From positions 13,390,352 to 13,454,351 of the forward strand of contig NC_092678.1 of NCBI RefSeq assembly GCF_964355755.1: 64,000 nt of DNA, read 5' to 3'. Origin of the DNA: Antedon mediterranea. Its lineage: Eukaryota; Animalia; Echinodermata. The notes beneath the pieces were generated by a model that saw only the letters and a list, made by a program, of their open reading frames with translations, was not told where the DNA came from and ran no database searches. The position numbers were made by a program, and so were the translations under genes. Shown here one piece after another: positions 1-11,824 of this stretch (position 1 is its first letter; each line of letters starts with the position of its first letter).

Positions 1-616
1 AACAATACACTGACACTCTGCTGGTATTTCAATGGTTTCGTGTATTCTTACTAGGCGGCCAAATGGTTCTCCGTCCCTTGTGGTACATCGGATCTTTTCG
101 TTTCCCAAGCATAATTCTAGAGTAGACAGGTCCAGTATTCCCCCAGTCGCTAAGAGGAAATCCATTCCAAGTATACCTGGTGCTGTTAGATCCGCGAATA
201 TTACACTAATGGTTCGGCAGGTATCACCTACTCGTACTTCAACCTCCGCGCTTCCCTTCGTCCTGATGGGTTTGCCGTCCGCCTGATGTAGTTTGGATGA
301 CAACTTCGACAGGCGAGGACGCAGGTTCGCCGGTATCTGGTAGTACAAAGCAGTAGACAACAAGGTGCCTGTCGCCCCGGTATCTACTAACAGGTGCGTG
401 TCTGTTTCTGTTACGGTTGCTTTCACGTACAACCCCTCTCTTGGGTCAAATAATGGTTCATGTGATCTCGTGATTTCTGGTTCTCTTTGGTCCTTCTTAA
501 CACGTTTAGTGCACCCCAACTGGTCCGTCGCGTTGTCTGGTTCACTCCTTACTGTTTGGGTGGGCCTCCGTCGCTTCCCAACCTTCCACCGGCCCCTGTG
601 GTTGGTTGTCCATCGT
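1..616 (-). CDS. pol: pol N-terminus: retropepsin-type aspartic protease (partial, no own ATG)
   Basis: Manual translation in the -1 frame relative to gag gives GLYVKATVTETDTHLLVDTGATGTLLS (catalytic Asp codon 382-384) and, further on, GILGMDFL. Confidence 0.88.
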
Positions 617-2078
617 TTCCCGACGGTCGTTCAGATTTGCACTCTCGAGCAAAATGCCCTATTTCACCACAACGGTAACAACCCGTCCTTGTATTCTGAT
701 TCCGCCAATTCCCACGTTCACGGCTCCTAGGACGTTCTCCTCCGCTACCGGTATTATTAGTGATAAATTCGGTTAACTGGTTCAGTGCTCGTTCCATCTT
801 GTTTAACCGCTCTTCGCTACTTTCCTCTCTCGTAGTGGCTCGTACCTGTTTTCGGCTTTGAATAGGCGTGCGCTGCTTTTCCATCTGCTGAAATGCCTCT
901 ATATTCAATGCCGCTAAGATTGCATCGTCCAGTGTGTTTGGGCAAGATCTAAAGATCCTCTCTCGTACCTCGGGATCACTTACTGCCTCCATAAAATGCC
1001 CTTTCGCCAATCGCTCCTTCTCCTCCATCTGCATCGTAGGATAGGCTCTGCTCGCCAATTCTCGTATCACTTGGCCTAACATTTGCAGGGTTTCCCCATC
1101 CTTCTGCCGAACCTACGTTCAAGGGACTCTACCAATTCTTCGTAACTGTATCCTTTCGGTCCAAAGTTCCCTAGTATCCCCAGGGCAGGACCCTTCAAAC
1201 ATGCAGCTAGAAAGGTGGCTGCTTTCTCGTTCGACCACCCATTTGCTAATTTACAGGATTCAAAATGCGTCCGGTATTCACGCCATGGAACTTTTCCCTC
1301 GTACCGGTCGGGATTAATCACCGGCCGCTTCACAGCGTCCCCAAATACCCGTTCGAATGCCTCCCGTCCATAAATGGCATTCTCTCGTTTCAAAGGCGGC
1401 AATTGCTCTGGTACTGTTACCGGTTCTATCCTAGAAATCTGGCTTTTAGGCCTGACCGTCGGTCGGTTAACCGTACTCGTAACCGGATTCGAATGTCCCA
1501 CTACTGGAACATAACTGTTAACACACGTCGGTGTTGGGTTCACTCGTACCGTACTCTGCAATAGCCTATCTTCGGGTCCCACACTTACCTCTGAAACATT
1601 TCGGCCTAGGCTCGGTAAGCCATTGGCCTGGCTCGTACCACGTACAACTCGTTTCGTACTTCCACCCGTTTCCGTAACTAACGAAATATTCAGGCCTTCT
1701 CGTTCCACTGGAATATTGTACGGTTCTACTGTGTTATAGCCCGCTTCAAGCTTGGCTATAAGATTTGGACTTTCCCCTAATTCCGAAAATACCCGTCCGG
1801 CTCCCCGTACATCCTGGAACAACGTAACTCTTCCTAGGTCTAGGCGTATCACGTTTCTCCTCGAGTGGCTCCGAATCTCGACCTATCTGTTTACCCCGGC
1901 TGGCAATATCCTCACGTACTGACTGGTAACCTGATTCACGTTCAGTATAACCTGTGTCTTCAAGCGTAGGCCTAGGCCTACCTGTTGCTTGTTCAGGTTC
2001 TAATACTACGGGTTCATCCAGTAGAAGGCTATCACTAAAACTCATTAGATCCCCCTCCATACTAATATTCACAAACAA
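549..2078 (-). pseudogene. gag: gag, split by two frameshifts (ORFs 1746-2078, 1076-1852, 549-1082)
   Basis: Capsid-like PDRYEGKVPWREYRTHFESCKLANGWSNEKAATFLAACLKGPA and zinc knuckle CYRCGEIGHFAREC, spread over overlapping ORFs in different frames. Confidence 0.85.
615..621 (-). promoter_or_regulatory. -1 ribosomal frameshift slippery site G_GGA_AAC
   Basis: X_XXY_YYZ heptamer in the gag frame just after the zinc knuckle; the -1 frame is open from here into the protease; a GC-rich potential hairpin follows. Confidence 0.75.
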
Positions 2079-2120
2079 AGGATAATTTACTTACAAAAAT
2101 GAGAACAACAATAATCTTTA

Positions 2121-2138
2121 ATCCCACCGCTGCCACCA
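2121..2138 (-). promoter_or_regulatory. Primer-binding site complementary to the tRNA-Leu 3' end
   Basis: Minus strand TGGTGGCAGCGGTGGGAT, 1 nt inside the LTR end; complementary to the ATCCCACCGCTGCCA-CCA 3' end of eukaryotic tRNA-Leu. Confidence 0.85.
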
Positions 2139-2139
2139 G

Positions 2140-2535
2140 TGTAACGTTTCCCTGCCTCGTTGTAATGCGGGGTCGGCGTCGGTGTTATTCCGACGACGAT
2201 AAGTAAGTAATATCACGTACAGAAGCACAAACTACAATCCGTTACGAATTCAGGAGATGTTTTATTCTTTTTTTACAACTGATAATACAGTACACAATAG
2301 AAATGATATTCGTATGCCCTACCTAATAATTGCGTGTAACTTCAGGTACAAAGTAATTCCTAGTATGGATTGGATCAGATAGTTTTAAAACTTATGACTC
2401 TTCCGGTTCAAGGTTGGAGCTCCACTGCCTCACATGTGGGTTTCTTCCTCCTTTAGATTACAAATCCACCCACCAATCAGAAGCCTCCTAAGAGGACTAT
2501 TCCATAACAATAAGAGGGGTATCAAAATCGTTACA
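2140..2535 (-). repeat. 5' LTR (396 bp)
   Basis: Termini TGTAACG...CGTTACA (7-bp inverted repeat); AATAAA on the minus strand at 2261-2266; next to the PBS; abuts a short (TA)n run. Confidence 0.88.
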
Positions 2536-3219
2536 CTATATATATATCACTTTAAACACATTAAACCATGTCATTCCTTGTCTTAAATGTACGTTTTATG
2601 GTAAACTATGATAAAAAGTGCGAAACAATGCACTACCTAAGTTGCTCGCGGCGATCGACCTCTCGTGGACGGTCAGTTTTGTAGGCCTAGCTGGTAAACA
2701 TCGGTAACGTACGAACATCATACGCTAGCTATATACCTAGCCTGGCGTTGTATAGTTGCTGCATTAATTGTCTTTCTATTTTTGCCAGACTCCGTTGATA
2801 CAAATTGGGGAAAACCCGGTATTTTCGCTGAAAAGTTAGGAGTCTTCCATTTGTTTTGGCCTCACGATCGATCGAAAAGTGGGCGAATTACAGGTGAAAA
2901 ACAAAAATATAAATCCGCGCGCAATGCATTTTGGGATTTATAGCGGGCCGCTATAATTATTAGAATCGACTTATTTTTCACATTTTTAACCGTTTAAAGA
3001 CGAAAAAAGTTATCGCAATAGGACCATATAGTATTATTTTTACATTAAAACATAGTTTGTGATCTTAAATTAGATCTAAAAAACGTATGGAAGGGGGCTT
3101 TAAAGATATTTTAGGCAAATCCTTCAAATTGTGATAACATTTTTAGACTTTGCACATTTATTCATTAGGGTGTCAAAAATATGAAATGGAAGGGTTGCAC
3201 AAAATTTGGTCAGGGAAAA

Positions 3220-3830
3220 GCCGCCATTTTGGATTTCAAAATGGCGGACCTCAAATTTTCACTTGTCAGGTATATCTCTGCTAAGAGGCACCTAGAGTTC
3301 TGATTTTACCTGCAAAATATATGGTAGTGGGGTCACCAAACATATTGGTATAATTAACATTTGATTGCATGGCGGCCATGTTGGATTTCAAAATGGCGGA
3401 CTTCAAATTTTCACTTTTCAGGTATATCTCTGCTAAAAAGGCACCTAGAATTCTGATTTTAGGTGCAAATTATAATTATGGCAATGGGGTCACCAAACAT
3501 ATTGGTATAACTAACATTTTGATTGCATGGCGGCCATGTTGTATTTCAAAATGGCGGACCCCAATAACTTTTCAGGTATATCTCTGCTAAAAAGGTACAC
3601 AGTGCTCTGATTTTAGGTGCAAATTATATGGTAATGGGTCACCAAATATATTGCTATTTAACTAACATTTTGATTGCATGGCGGCCATTTTGAATTTCAA
3701 AATGGCAAGCTCAAAATGTTTCAGTACGGTACCTACAGTTATAATTTTAGGTACAAAGTATAATATGGTATTGAGGTCAACAAACATATTGGTATAACGT
3801 CTTTGATTGCATGGCGGCCATTTTGAATGT
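3220..3830. repeat. ~120-bp subterminal tandem repeats of the left arm (mirrored at ~15260-15870)
   Basis: Repeated unit GATTGCATGGCGGCCAT(G/T)TTGGATTTCAAAATGGCGGAC...CAGGTATATCTCTGCTAA...GGTCACCAAACATATTGGTATAAC, 4-5 copies. Confidence 0.9.
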
Positions 3831-3844
3831 AGCTCAAACCTGGT

Positions 3845-4527
3845 AACCACACAGCTCTGTACATCATAAATCACTCTTTCTGCATTTACTACAGCGTCCA
3901 AGATCACAGTCGGTGTGTCACAGCGATTTGTGACATCTGAAAGTTCCGGCAATGAACTCCAAACTGGACTAAATTTGTTGCCGTCCTTCCTCCATCCCCA
4001 GTTTGCTGGGTCCTGTTCAACCCTGAATGCATCTAGACAGTTGTACCACTTTCTGGCTTGTAGAAAAGACCGTTTCACATGTTCTCTTAATGCCGCAGAT
4101 GTTGGGGGGATATTTTCAATAGTCTGTAGTAAAAAGATATCGTCTTGCATCATTTACCTTCTTTCTACATAGTTACAACAAATTGTTCTAGATAATCTGT
4201 GTCACTAACATCCCCTACAGACAATGACATCGTCTCAAATTCCTTTCTTTGAACAGATGAAGTTGTATCACAACTGCTAAAGGAATGAATGAACAAGTAA
4301 GCGGCTGATGCTTGTGATCCAAGAGAAGTAATCTTGTGTATTGAGATATACTTCAAGTGCTTCCCCACTCCAAACTCGATCCAAAGCTCGTGGATGCCAG
4401 GTATTCTGTGGAAGGTTGACAATGAAATAACAACAACATCACTGTCTACAGTCTTGACAAGAATGCGCGGACAAATTTTAGCGGCATGTTTAACATGAAC
4501 AAACATACGTTCATCTGCCTCTTCTAT
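3845..4527 (-). pseudogene. Academ-like XPG/PIN nuclease plus Cys-rich domain fragment (left arm)
   Basis: Frameshifted ORFs 4165-4626 and 3662-4153 with EEADERMFVHVKH, VDSDVVV, ELWIEFGVGK, PPTSAALREH and DPANWGW. Confidence 0.75.
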
Positions 4528-4812
4528 AGCCCCTTTCTCACAGAGCTGTGTGCCATGAATGTTGCGGGAATATACCATTACTATGCCGGTATGGTTTTCT
4601 GTGAGAACGGGTCGTCTTGGCATCATGCCGGCATCATGCCGGCACCGACATGACCTGCTTAAGACCTAGTAATATTACTAGGAATATTCCCCGCAATGCG
4701 AGACGGGCATTCTGTGAGAACGTAACGCAGTTATATTCCCTGTTGCGGGGCTTTGACACCTTGTGCGCGGTCAAGTGTATCACTTTGGCGCCGATTCAAT
4801 TCAGTTGTCAAA

Positions 4813-7800
4813 ATGTCGAACTGGAGAGAAAACGAGATTAGGGAGCTTCTTAAAATAAGGGGAGAAGAAGAAATTTGTAAACAGATGGATGGGACAATAA
4901 GGTCGGGAGCTGTTTACGTTAATATTGTTTGTAAGCTGGCTGTGGTTGGCGTAAAACGAACAAAAAAACAAGTCATAAGCAAACTGAAAACGTTAAAGGC
5001 CAGGTACCATGTCATTAAAGACAAAAACAACAGGTCGGGGGAGCAAAAGCATACTTGGCCATATTATGATTTGTGTGATGTAATTTGGGGACACAGGCCA
5101 TGTGCCCAACCTGTTCGAGTTCTAGAATCTATTGTAAGCCCAGATGATGAAGATGAAGCTGGAGATGATGCAGGAGATGATGCAGTCGTGGGTAAGTCTA
5201 GCAAAGTTTACTCACTACTAGTACTAGTCTACGGTACCTATTATAACTAGGGCCTAGGCCTAACTACTCTAGCTCTACTCGCCCAGACCAGGGCAGGCCC
5301 TACTACTCTTACTAGGCCTAGGCTAAAGCCAACATTATATTATACCATAAATCTATATCATCAATTTGGATCCTTTTTAAATATTTTATACTTCTTCTTT
5401 CCCTTTTCAGGGAATTTATTGGTTCAAAGTTTATTGGCCTTTGGCCCTAATACAAACAAATACAAATTAACTATAACTTAAGATAATGGTTTCTTCTTTC
5501 AAAAGCAAAGTAGACGTATTTTCCTAAATTATAAGTAAAATTTGTGTTGGAAAGTAATAAACAAAGCTTATTAATAGAAGGAAAAACACAAATAAATCTT
5601 GGAATAAAACTTTTTCTTAAATCATTGTAAAATGTGCATTGCAAAATAAAATGATATTCATCCTCAACAATGTTCTTTTTACATAATTTACACGTTCTCT
5701 TATATCTTTCTACACCCTCCCATCTGCCCTTTTCAATTTCTAGCTCTAATATCCCTAAAGGTAACTTAGTTAATAATCTTCTTTGTTTAAAATGAATGAT
5801 GTTGGTCAAGTGATAACTTAAACATATTTCTTTTTTATAAAGAGAAAAGAGCCTTAACTTATTATGTGAACTAAATTTTTGAATGCATTTTTGTTTTTCA
5901 ATATCACATAAGCGCAACTTAAATTCTCTCAAAAATAAACCTTTACTATTAACATATTGTTGTAACCATATATAACCAAAACCAGTAGACAAGAGTAAGT
6001 GTTTGACCTGTTGTGCCCAACAATTTTCATTACGGTTAACTTTTCTAAGTTGAAACTCATAACACTTAAAAATGAATCTGTCATGATCTAAAGTAATAAT
6101 ATGTAACCAAAATCTTATAACTGTAACTAAACAATCCACAGAAAGTGGTAATCTACCTAACTCAGAAGTAACAGCGGCATTTGGTGCATTTTTTCCAACT
6201 TGCAATAAATATCTACAAAATTTAGTATGTGTTTTTTCTATAATGTTTGTGCTCTCTGACATTCCCCAGATTTCGCTTCCATACGTTAAAATAGGAAGTA
6301 TTTTCACATCAAAAATATGGTTCCATGTATTAATTGGAAGAAAAGATAAGTTACGATAAATGAATGATTTTAAGCAGAATACACTTTGATTTGCTTTTTG
6401 TTGATTATGTTGCATTGAGTTGTTCCATGCACCATTTGAACTAAAAATAACACCAAGATAATTATACGAATTAACAATTTTTAATTGAATATTTTTATAC
6501 TTCCATTTTTCAATGTTCCTTAAATTGCGGCCATTTTTAAAAACCATAATTTTGGATTTTGTAGTGTTTACAGTAAGTTTCCAAGTATCACAATTAAGTT
6601 CAAGTTTATTTATTAATTTTTGGAGACCTTTCACCGTATCACTAACAAGCACTAAGTCATCTGCATAAAGAAGATGATTCATATGACAATCTCCAATTTG
6701 AATGAAATCGTTTACCTGATTAAGTATACCACTCAAATCATTAATGTAAATATTCAAGAGTAAAGACGACAACGGAGAACCTTGTTGTACTCCAATCGAA
6801 CAATTAAAAGATGGACTAAGTTTGTTGCCAATTTTAACATGAGCAGATAAGTTTTGGTATAAGGAATTTATTATGTGTAACATTCTGCCTGAAACACCGA
6901 TACATTTCAACTTATGTAGTAAAAGTGTATGATTTATAGAGTCAAAGGCACGTTTAAGATCAACAAAACAAACAAAAATCCTACCCCGCTTTTTATCTAA
7001 GTATTTAGAGATGAGGGTATCTAAAATGAATATATTATCTGTCGTTCTATATCCCTTACGAAAGCCTGCTTGTTCCTCATGAATTAACTTTTTACTATTT
7101 GTAAATTGTGTTAACCTAGAATTAAGAATATTTAAAAATATTTTTCCTAGGATTGGAATTAAAGAAATACCTCTATAATTTTCAGGTTTGTTTTTATCTC
7201 CATTTTTAAAAATTGGAACGATTAAGCTTGTTGCCCATTGTTTGGGAAATTTTTCAACTAAAAATATGGCGTTAAAAAGAATTTTTAAAATATCAAAAAT
7301 AATGTTGGGGGCGTTTAGCAAAAATTCAAAATTCATTCCATCAATGCCGGGAGCTTTTCCACTATTTTGAGAATTAAATGCTTTTTTTATTTCATCCAAC
7401 GTTATGTCGTGGTCTAAATTATCATCGTCTTCATTCTGTTGGCATTCTGTGATTTTTGGCAACTCAGCGCTACCAATAGACTCATCGTTTTTAAATAGGT
7501 TCTTAAAATGAATATAACATTGATTAATAGAAAGTTCGCAAGATAATTTAAGTTTTGTCTTCAACTTCATCCAAAACGTTTTGCTATCCTTTGTATTGAG
7601 TGAATCGATAATTTGTTTGCGTATTCTTTTATGAAAGTTATTTTTTTTGCATTTTAATAGCGATTTATATTGCTTTTTTATCTGAATATAATTATTTAAA
7701 AAAGGTTGAATGCGCATAATTCTAAATCTCTTTAATGATTGTTTAACCTGCATTTTAAGGTTCTTACAATCTTTATCAAACCATTCGTTTCGTTTTGTAG

Positions 7801-10800
7801 AAGTTGAAGATTTACTTGTTTGTGTATACTTAATTCCTTTACATACGTATTCAAAAATTTTACATAAATGTGAAACTGCCTCATCAATTTTATTTTGAGA
7901 GATAGCATTCATAAAATCATTATCAATAGTTTCAATGATATCATGTTCCCATCTGACTTTGGATGCATTAATGTAACTGTTGGACCATTTGAACGTACTC
8001 TGGGTAAACGTGTCATCTTCATTGACAATCATTTTGGTGTGTTCTTTGTCTTTGAATTGAATACTAAAGGCAATTGGCATATGATCCGATTCAACACGGT
8101 CATCAATTCTTAAATAAGATATTAGTTTAAAGTTGTTTGAGTTAGTAAGAAGGTAATCACATACACTTTTACCTTGTGAACTGATAAATGTAAAACCACT
8201 GGATGATTCTTTATCAATTCTACCATTTGTGATTCGCATACCAGTTTCTTTGCAAAATTCTAATATATCTTTACCGTAGCAATTTAGTATACAATCAGAA
8301 TTCGTTCTACTTTCAATCCGGATGTTGTCTTCCAGAAATAGATTATTGTTCCATGTGTCATTTTCGTCAGCAGATATGTAATCGTCCTCCGAACCAGTTC
8401 TACCATTAAAGTCGCCAACTACATATACTATGTCTGATATTTGGGAGCTGTAATGCAAATATTCGTTAGATAAAATGTCAAAAAAGTCAGTTGTCGCGTA
8501 ACTGGATGTACTTGGTGGTCTATACAAAAAACCGATTACAACAGTGTCGGTTGGGGATAGAGTAATCCTTAACCAAATAATGTTATTCGATGCAGTTCTT
8601 CAACGACGAGATTTAATTTATAATATACCATTACGCCTCCACTATTTCTTCCATGTCGACTTGTTTTATCTGGTAATTTTGATATGCAAGTAAAAGTAAT
8701 ATTGTAATCGTTCCGATATTTATCCCATGTTTCACTAAAACAAATTATGTCAAATTTGTTAACATACTCAATAAAGTCAGAATCAGCGAATTTGTTATTA
8801 ATACCGTTAATATTCCAAGAAATACAATCAATGTGTTTAGTGACTTTCAAAGATGTCTCAGATTGTTCTTCATTAGGACCACGGCCAAAACCCTATTTTG
8901 TGAGGTTTATGATTTTGTTGTCTTCTACGTTGAATGTATATACTTCGTCGCCTATAAACAGCTTATCATATCTGAGCCGAAAACGATCGTTGTTTTTGAT
9001 TGCTTGTTGTATCCTTGGTTGTAGGCCTTTTCTAATTTTACGGACTCTGAAAGTATAATCTTCACCCATGTTAATTTTTGATTTATTTCCAGTCATTTTC
9101 CTTTTGAGTGCTCTATTTTTGGACATTATTTCATCTTTTTGTTTGTAGCTAGTAAGTTTTGCTATGATTGGTCGTGGGTTACTTTTGCTGTGCAATCTAT
9201 GCGCTCTCTCGAAAGCGACCTCTTCGATTTCTAAATTTGTTGTTATATAATCCTTTACCTTTCGTTCGCAGTCAAGCCACGTTTCATTTCTATCATCTTC
9301 AGGGATATCATAAATAATGATGTTATTACGACGACTTTCAGCTTCTAGTTTATCTAGTTGTGTAGTTATAACTTTGTTTGTGTTTTTTAGTCTTATATTT
9401 TCTTCTTCCAAATCAGTTATTTTTTTAGTTAGCCTGTCAAATCCTTTCGACATATCTCCTTTAATTGAAGCGAAATCAGAAGCTATCCTATCCATTTTAT
9501 CGTTTAAAACTGTATTCATATCGTTAAGTTGTTTCAAAACATCTTTCAATGAAGGTTCCATTCCCATTGATTCTTTAATTGTTGTTTGTCTGGTTTCTAT
9601 AGGACCCGGATTTGTTTCTATATCACCGGCTATAATAAGTAGCTTGAATGCAATTGGTACGAGAACAATGGTATTTATAATTATACTGACAATCATTTTA
9701 TAGTAGTCTTGGGTATTCCAATTGTTAATAGCCATCTGCTATAGACCATTCACTATTTTATGAAACATTCCTTAGTAAAATGGGGGTATTGTCCATAAAT
9801 AACTACACACAAATTCAACTGTGTAAATCAATGATGATTATTAATGGGTAATCCGTTCTAGATTATACTAAATAGACAGTGGTACGTTTAAGTTGTGCCG
9901 TTATGAGCTTACCCTCAGCGGAAAATATGAGTTGTTTAGCTTGGCGTGTTTTAATCGCTGGTTTAGCTTGGCTAGCGATAGCTTACTTTCCTCGGCAAAG
10001 TGTTGGTATATAGTCCATGTAAACGCACAAATAAATTCAACTGTGTAAAGTAATGATGATTATTGATAGGTAATCCGTACGAAATTGATCCAAGAAAAAT
10101 AAAGTCAGAGTCTAGGCTTAAGGTGTGCCGCTGTGATTTGATCTGCAGCGGGAAATATGAAGTATGTTCAGCTTGGTGTGTTACAGTTAGTTGAACGCCG
10201 GTTTGGCTAGTATGGCTAGCGAGAGCTCCTTCAAACACGTCTACTCTCGTATACAATAGTTAATTCATAAATATTTTATACAGTTATTATATTAATAAAT
10301 ATAAACAAATACTCAATTTATTTAGGTAAGGTTACATAGTTCATGACCGCTACTCACTGTAATAATATAGTAATACTATACTACTAGGCCACTATTTATA
10401 TTAATTAATAATTAGTGACTTTCTATTCTATGTGCTTATTTTAAGTTAGTCATTTTGTATTTTCTGTTTTAAATATAAAATTATTTTTTTTATAGATCAA
10501 GAGGCATTTGAAGTTAATTCAGAGGCTACTGTAGAGGAGGATGACCCTATACAGGAAGTTGAAAATGCCCAAGTGGTTGAAGTGTTAGAATTTGTTCAAG
10601 TGGATACAAATGTTCTTGTTCAAGAAGATGATGATGTGGATCAACCAGCTGGTCCAGTGCAGGTAGAAGAAGAAAGACCCAGAAAAAAGGCAAAAAAGAC
10701 AAAACTAGACAAATCTATGGAAGCTGTCTCAACACTAATAGCAGACAGATTTGAGGCATCCGAGAAAAGATTGATAGAGGATGAGAGGAGACTAGCGAAA

Positions 10801-11151
10801 GAACAGAGGGACTGGGAATTAAAAGTTGAAAGAGAGAATAGGAATGCCCAACAAGAGCTTTTTACACAAGTACAAAACACTCAAAGGGATATGCTACAAC
10901 AGTTTACAACATGCATGACAACAATGATGACAACAATGCAAAATCAACATGTTCCCAATCAAATCCAACATCCAACTCCTGTTTTTTACACCAATCAACC
11001 ACGAGTTAATTACAATATGGGTCCTCCATCACACACTCAAGGATACTTATACCAGTCATCTTCTTCACCATCAGCTACTTCACCTTGCAGCGGTAATACA
11101 TCATCATCCAGCTCAGCAGACAGCAGCCAAGGAGAATTTTATACACTTTAG
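4813..11151 (+). CDS. Harbinger Myb/SANT-like (trihelix) DNA-binding protein; exons 4813-5191 and 10496-11151
   Basis: WRENEIRELLKIRGE...RTKKQVISKLKTLKARY...WPYYDLCDVIWG; donor G|GTAAGT at 5192 and acceptor TATAG| at 10495 are phase-compatible (phase 1); acidic and coiled-coil C-terminal half. Confidence 0.85.
5471..8850 (-). CDS. LINE ORF2: APE endonuclease, reverse transcriptase and C-terminal CCHC; one frame break near 8530-8570
   Basis: SWNINGI and CFSETW (8569-8850); YRPP, VGDFNGR, SDHMP; KAPGIDG, NYRGISL, QAGFRKG, FVDLKRAFDS, GVQQGSPLS, LLYADD; CKLC...EDEYHFILQC. Confidence 0.93.
8893..9735 (-). CDS. LINE ORF1 (coiled coil plus L1 ORF1p-type RRM/CTD) with an N-terminal 2A-like motif
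   Basis: RRNNIIIYDIPE, ERAHRL, PRPIIAKL, EDYTFRVRKIRK; LLIIAGDIETNPGP near the N-terminus. Confidence 0.88.
   Translation of the reverse strand: MAINNWNTQDYYKMIVSIIINTIVLVPIAFKLLIIAGDIETNPGPIETRQTTIKESMGMEPSLKDVLKQLNDMNTVLNDKMDRIASDFASIKGDMSKGFDRLTKKITDLEEENIRLKNTNKVITTQLDKLEAESRRNNIIIYDIPEDDRNETWLDCERKVKDYITTNLEIEEVAFERAHRLHSKSNPRPIIAKLTSYKQKDEIMSKNRALKRKMTGNKSKINMGEDYTFRVRKIRKGLQPRIQQAIKNNDRFRLRYDKLFIGDEVYTFNVEDNKIINLTK
9601..9624 (-). other. 2A-like ribosomal stop-go motif DIETNPGP
   Basis: Exact match to D(V/I)ExNPG|P, preceded by the hydrophobic LLIIAG. Confidence 0.8.
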
Positions 11152-11824
11152 ACACATTTTAAACCAATCATTGTGTTTATGTTAATTTAATGTAATCCTG
11201 GAGTTGTTAAATGAAAATGATTGAAAATAGTAAATTTTTAATTACTGTATACTAATAATGTTAATTTAAAACTTGGGACAATACAATGATTATTTTCTGT
11301 CAAAACAAGTGCACACCATGACATTATTTTAGTAAACTCCTTTAATCACAGCTTATGCTATTTTTCATATGTTGACCTTTTAGCACTATCAATACATCAT
11401 TTTTATTGTTACAAATTAATTGTTTAGTTATACAAACAAACATTAATTGCCTGTAAGATTTTTTTTATTAAAATCAAAAAGGTTTTATTTTGTAGTTATA
11501 CATGTACTGTACTACATTATCAATACCAAAAACACCTGTTAAATGTAAACCTTTTAACATGTTAAGTTAGCTATTTAAAAATTACAGTAATAAAAAAACT
11601 GTTTTTTGTTTTCTATAGGATAATACTGTAATAAAGTGTATTATTATGTATATCGTGTATATATAAAATAATATATTTGTCTGATTATTGTTTAATAAAA
11701 AACACTATAAATGACATGATTGTTAATCTATTTATTGCGTTTAGGTTTGCATGGTGAGAACATTTCTAATCAACAAAAAGTTTGGGATACACCACATGAA
11801 AATACTTAAAACTTAGTTTAAAAT

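Larger units (their letters stand above)
1..2535 (-). mobile_element. Ty3/Gypsy-like LTR retrotransposon, 5' part (LTR-PBS-gag-protease); continues off the left edge
   Basis: TG...CA LTR, adjacent PBS, gag with a CCHC knuckle, and an aspartic protease in the -1 frame, all in the expected order on the minus strand. Confidence 0.93.
5392..10267 (-). mobile_element. Full-length non-LTR retrotransposon (APE-RT LINE; clade tentatively RTE-X/Proto2-like) inside the Myb gene intron
   Basis: 14-bp TSD TAAATATTTTATAC (5378-5391 and 10268-10281); ORF1 plus ORF2; AATAAA followed by a short (GAA)n tail at the 3' end. Confidence 0.92.

Noticed and set aside
32-1564. Plus-strand ORFs over the Gypsy element, and similar antisense ORFs over the LINEs and PLE
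   Set aside because: Shadow ORFs opposite genuine TE coding sequence, with no recognisable motifs.
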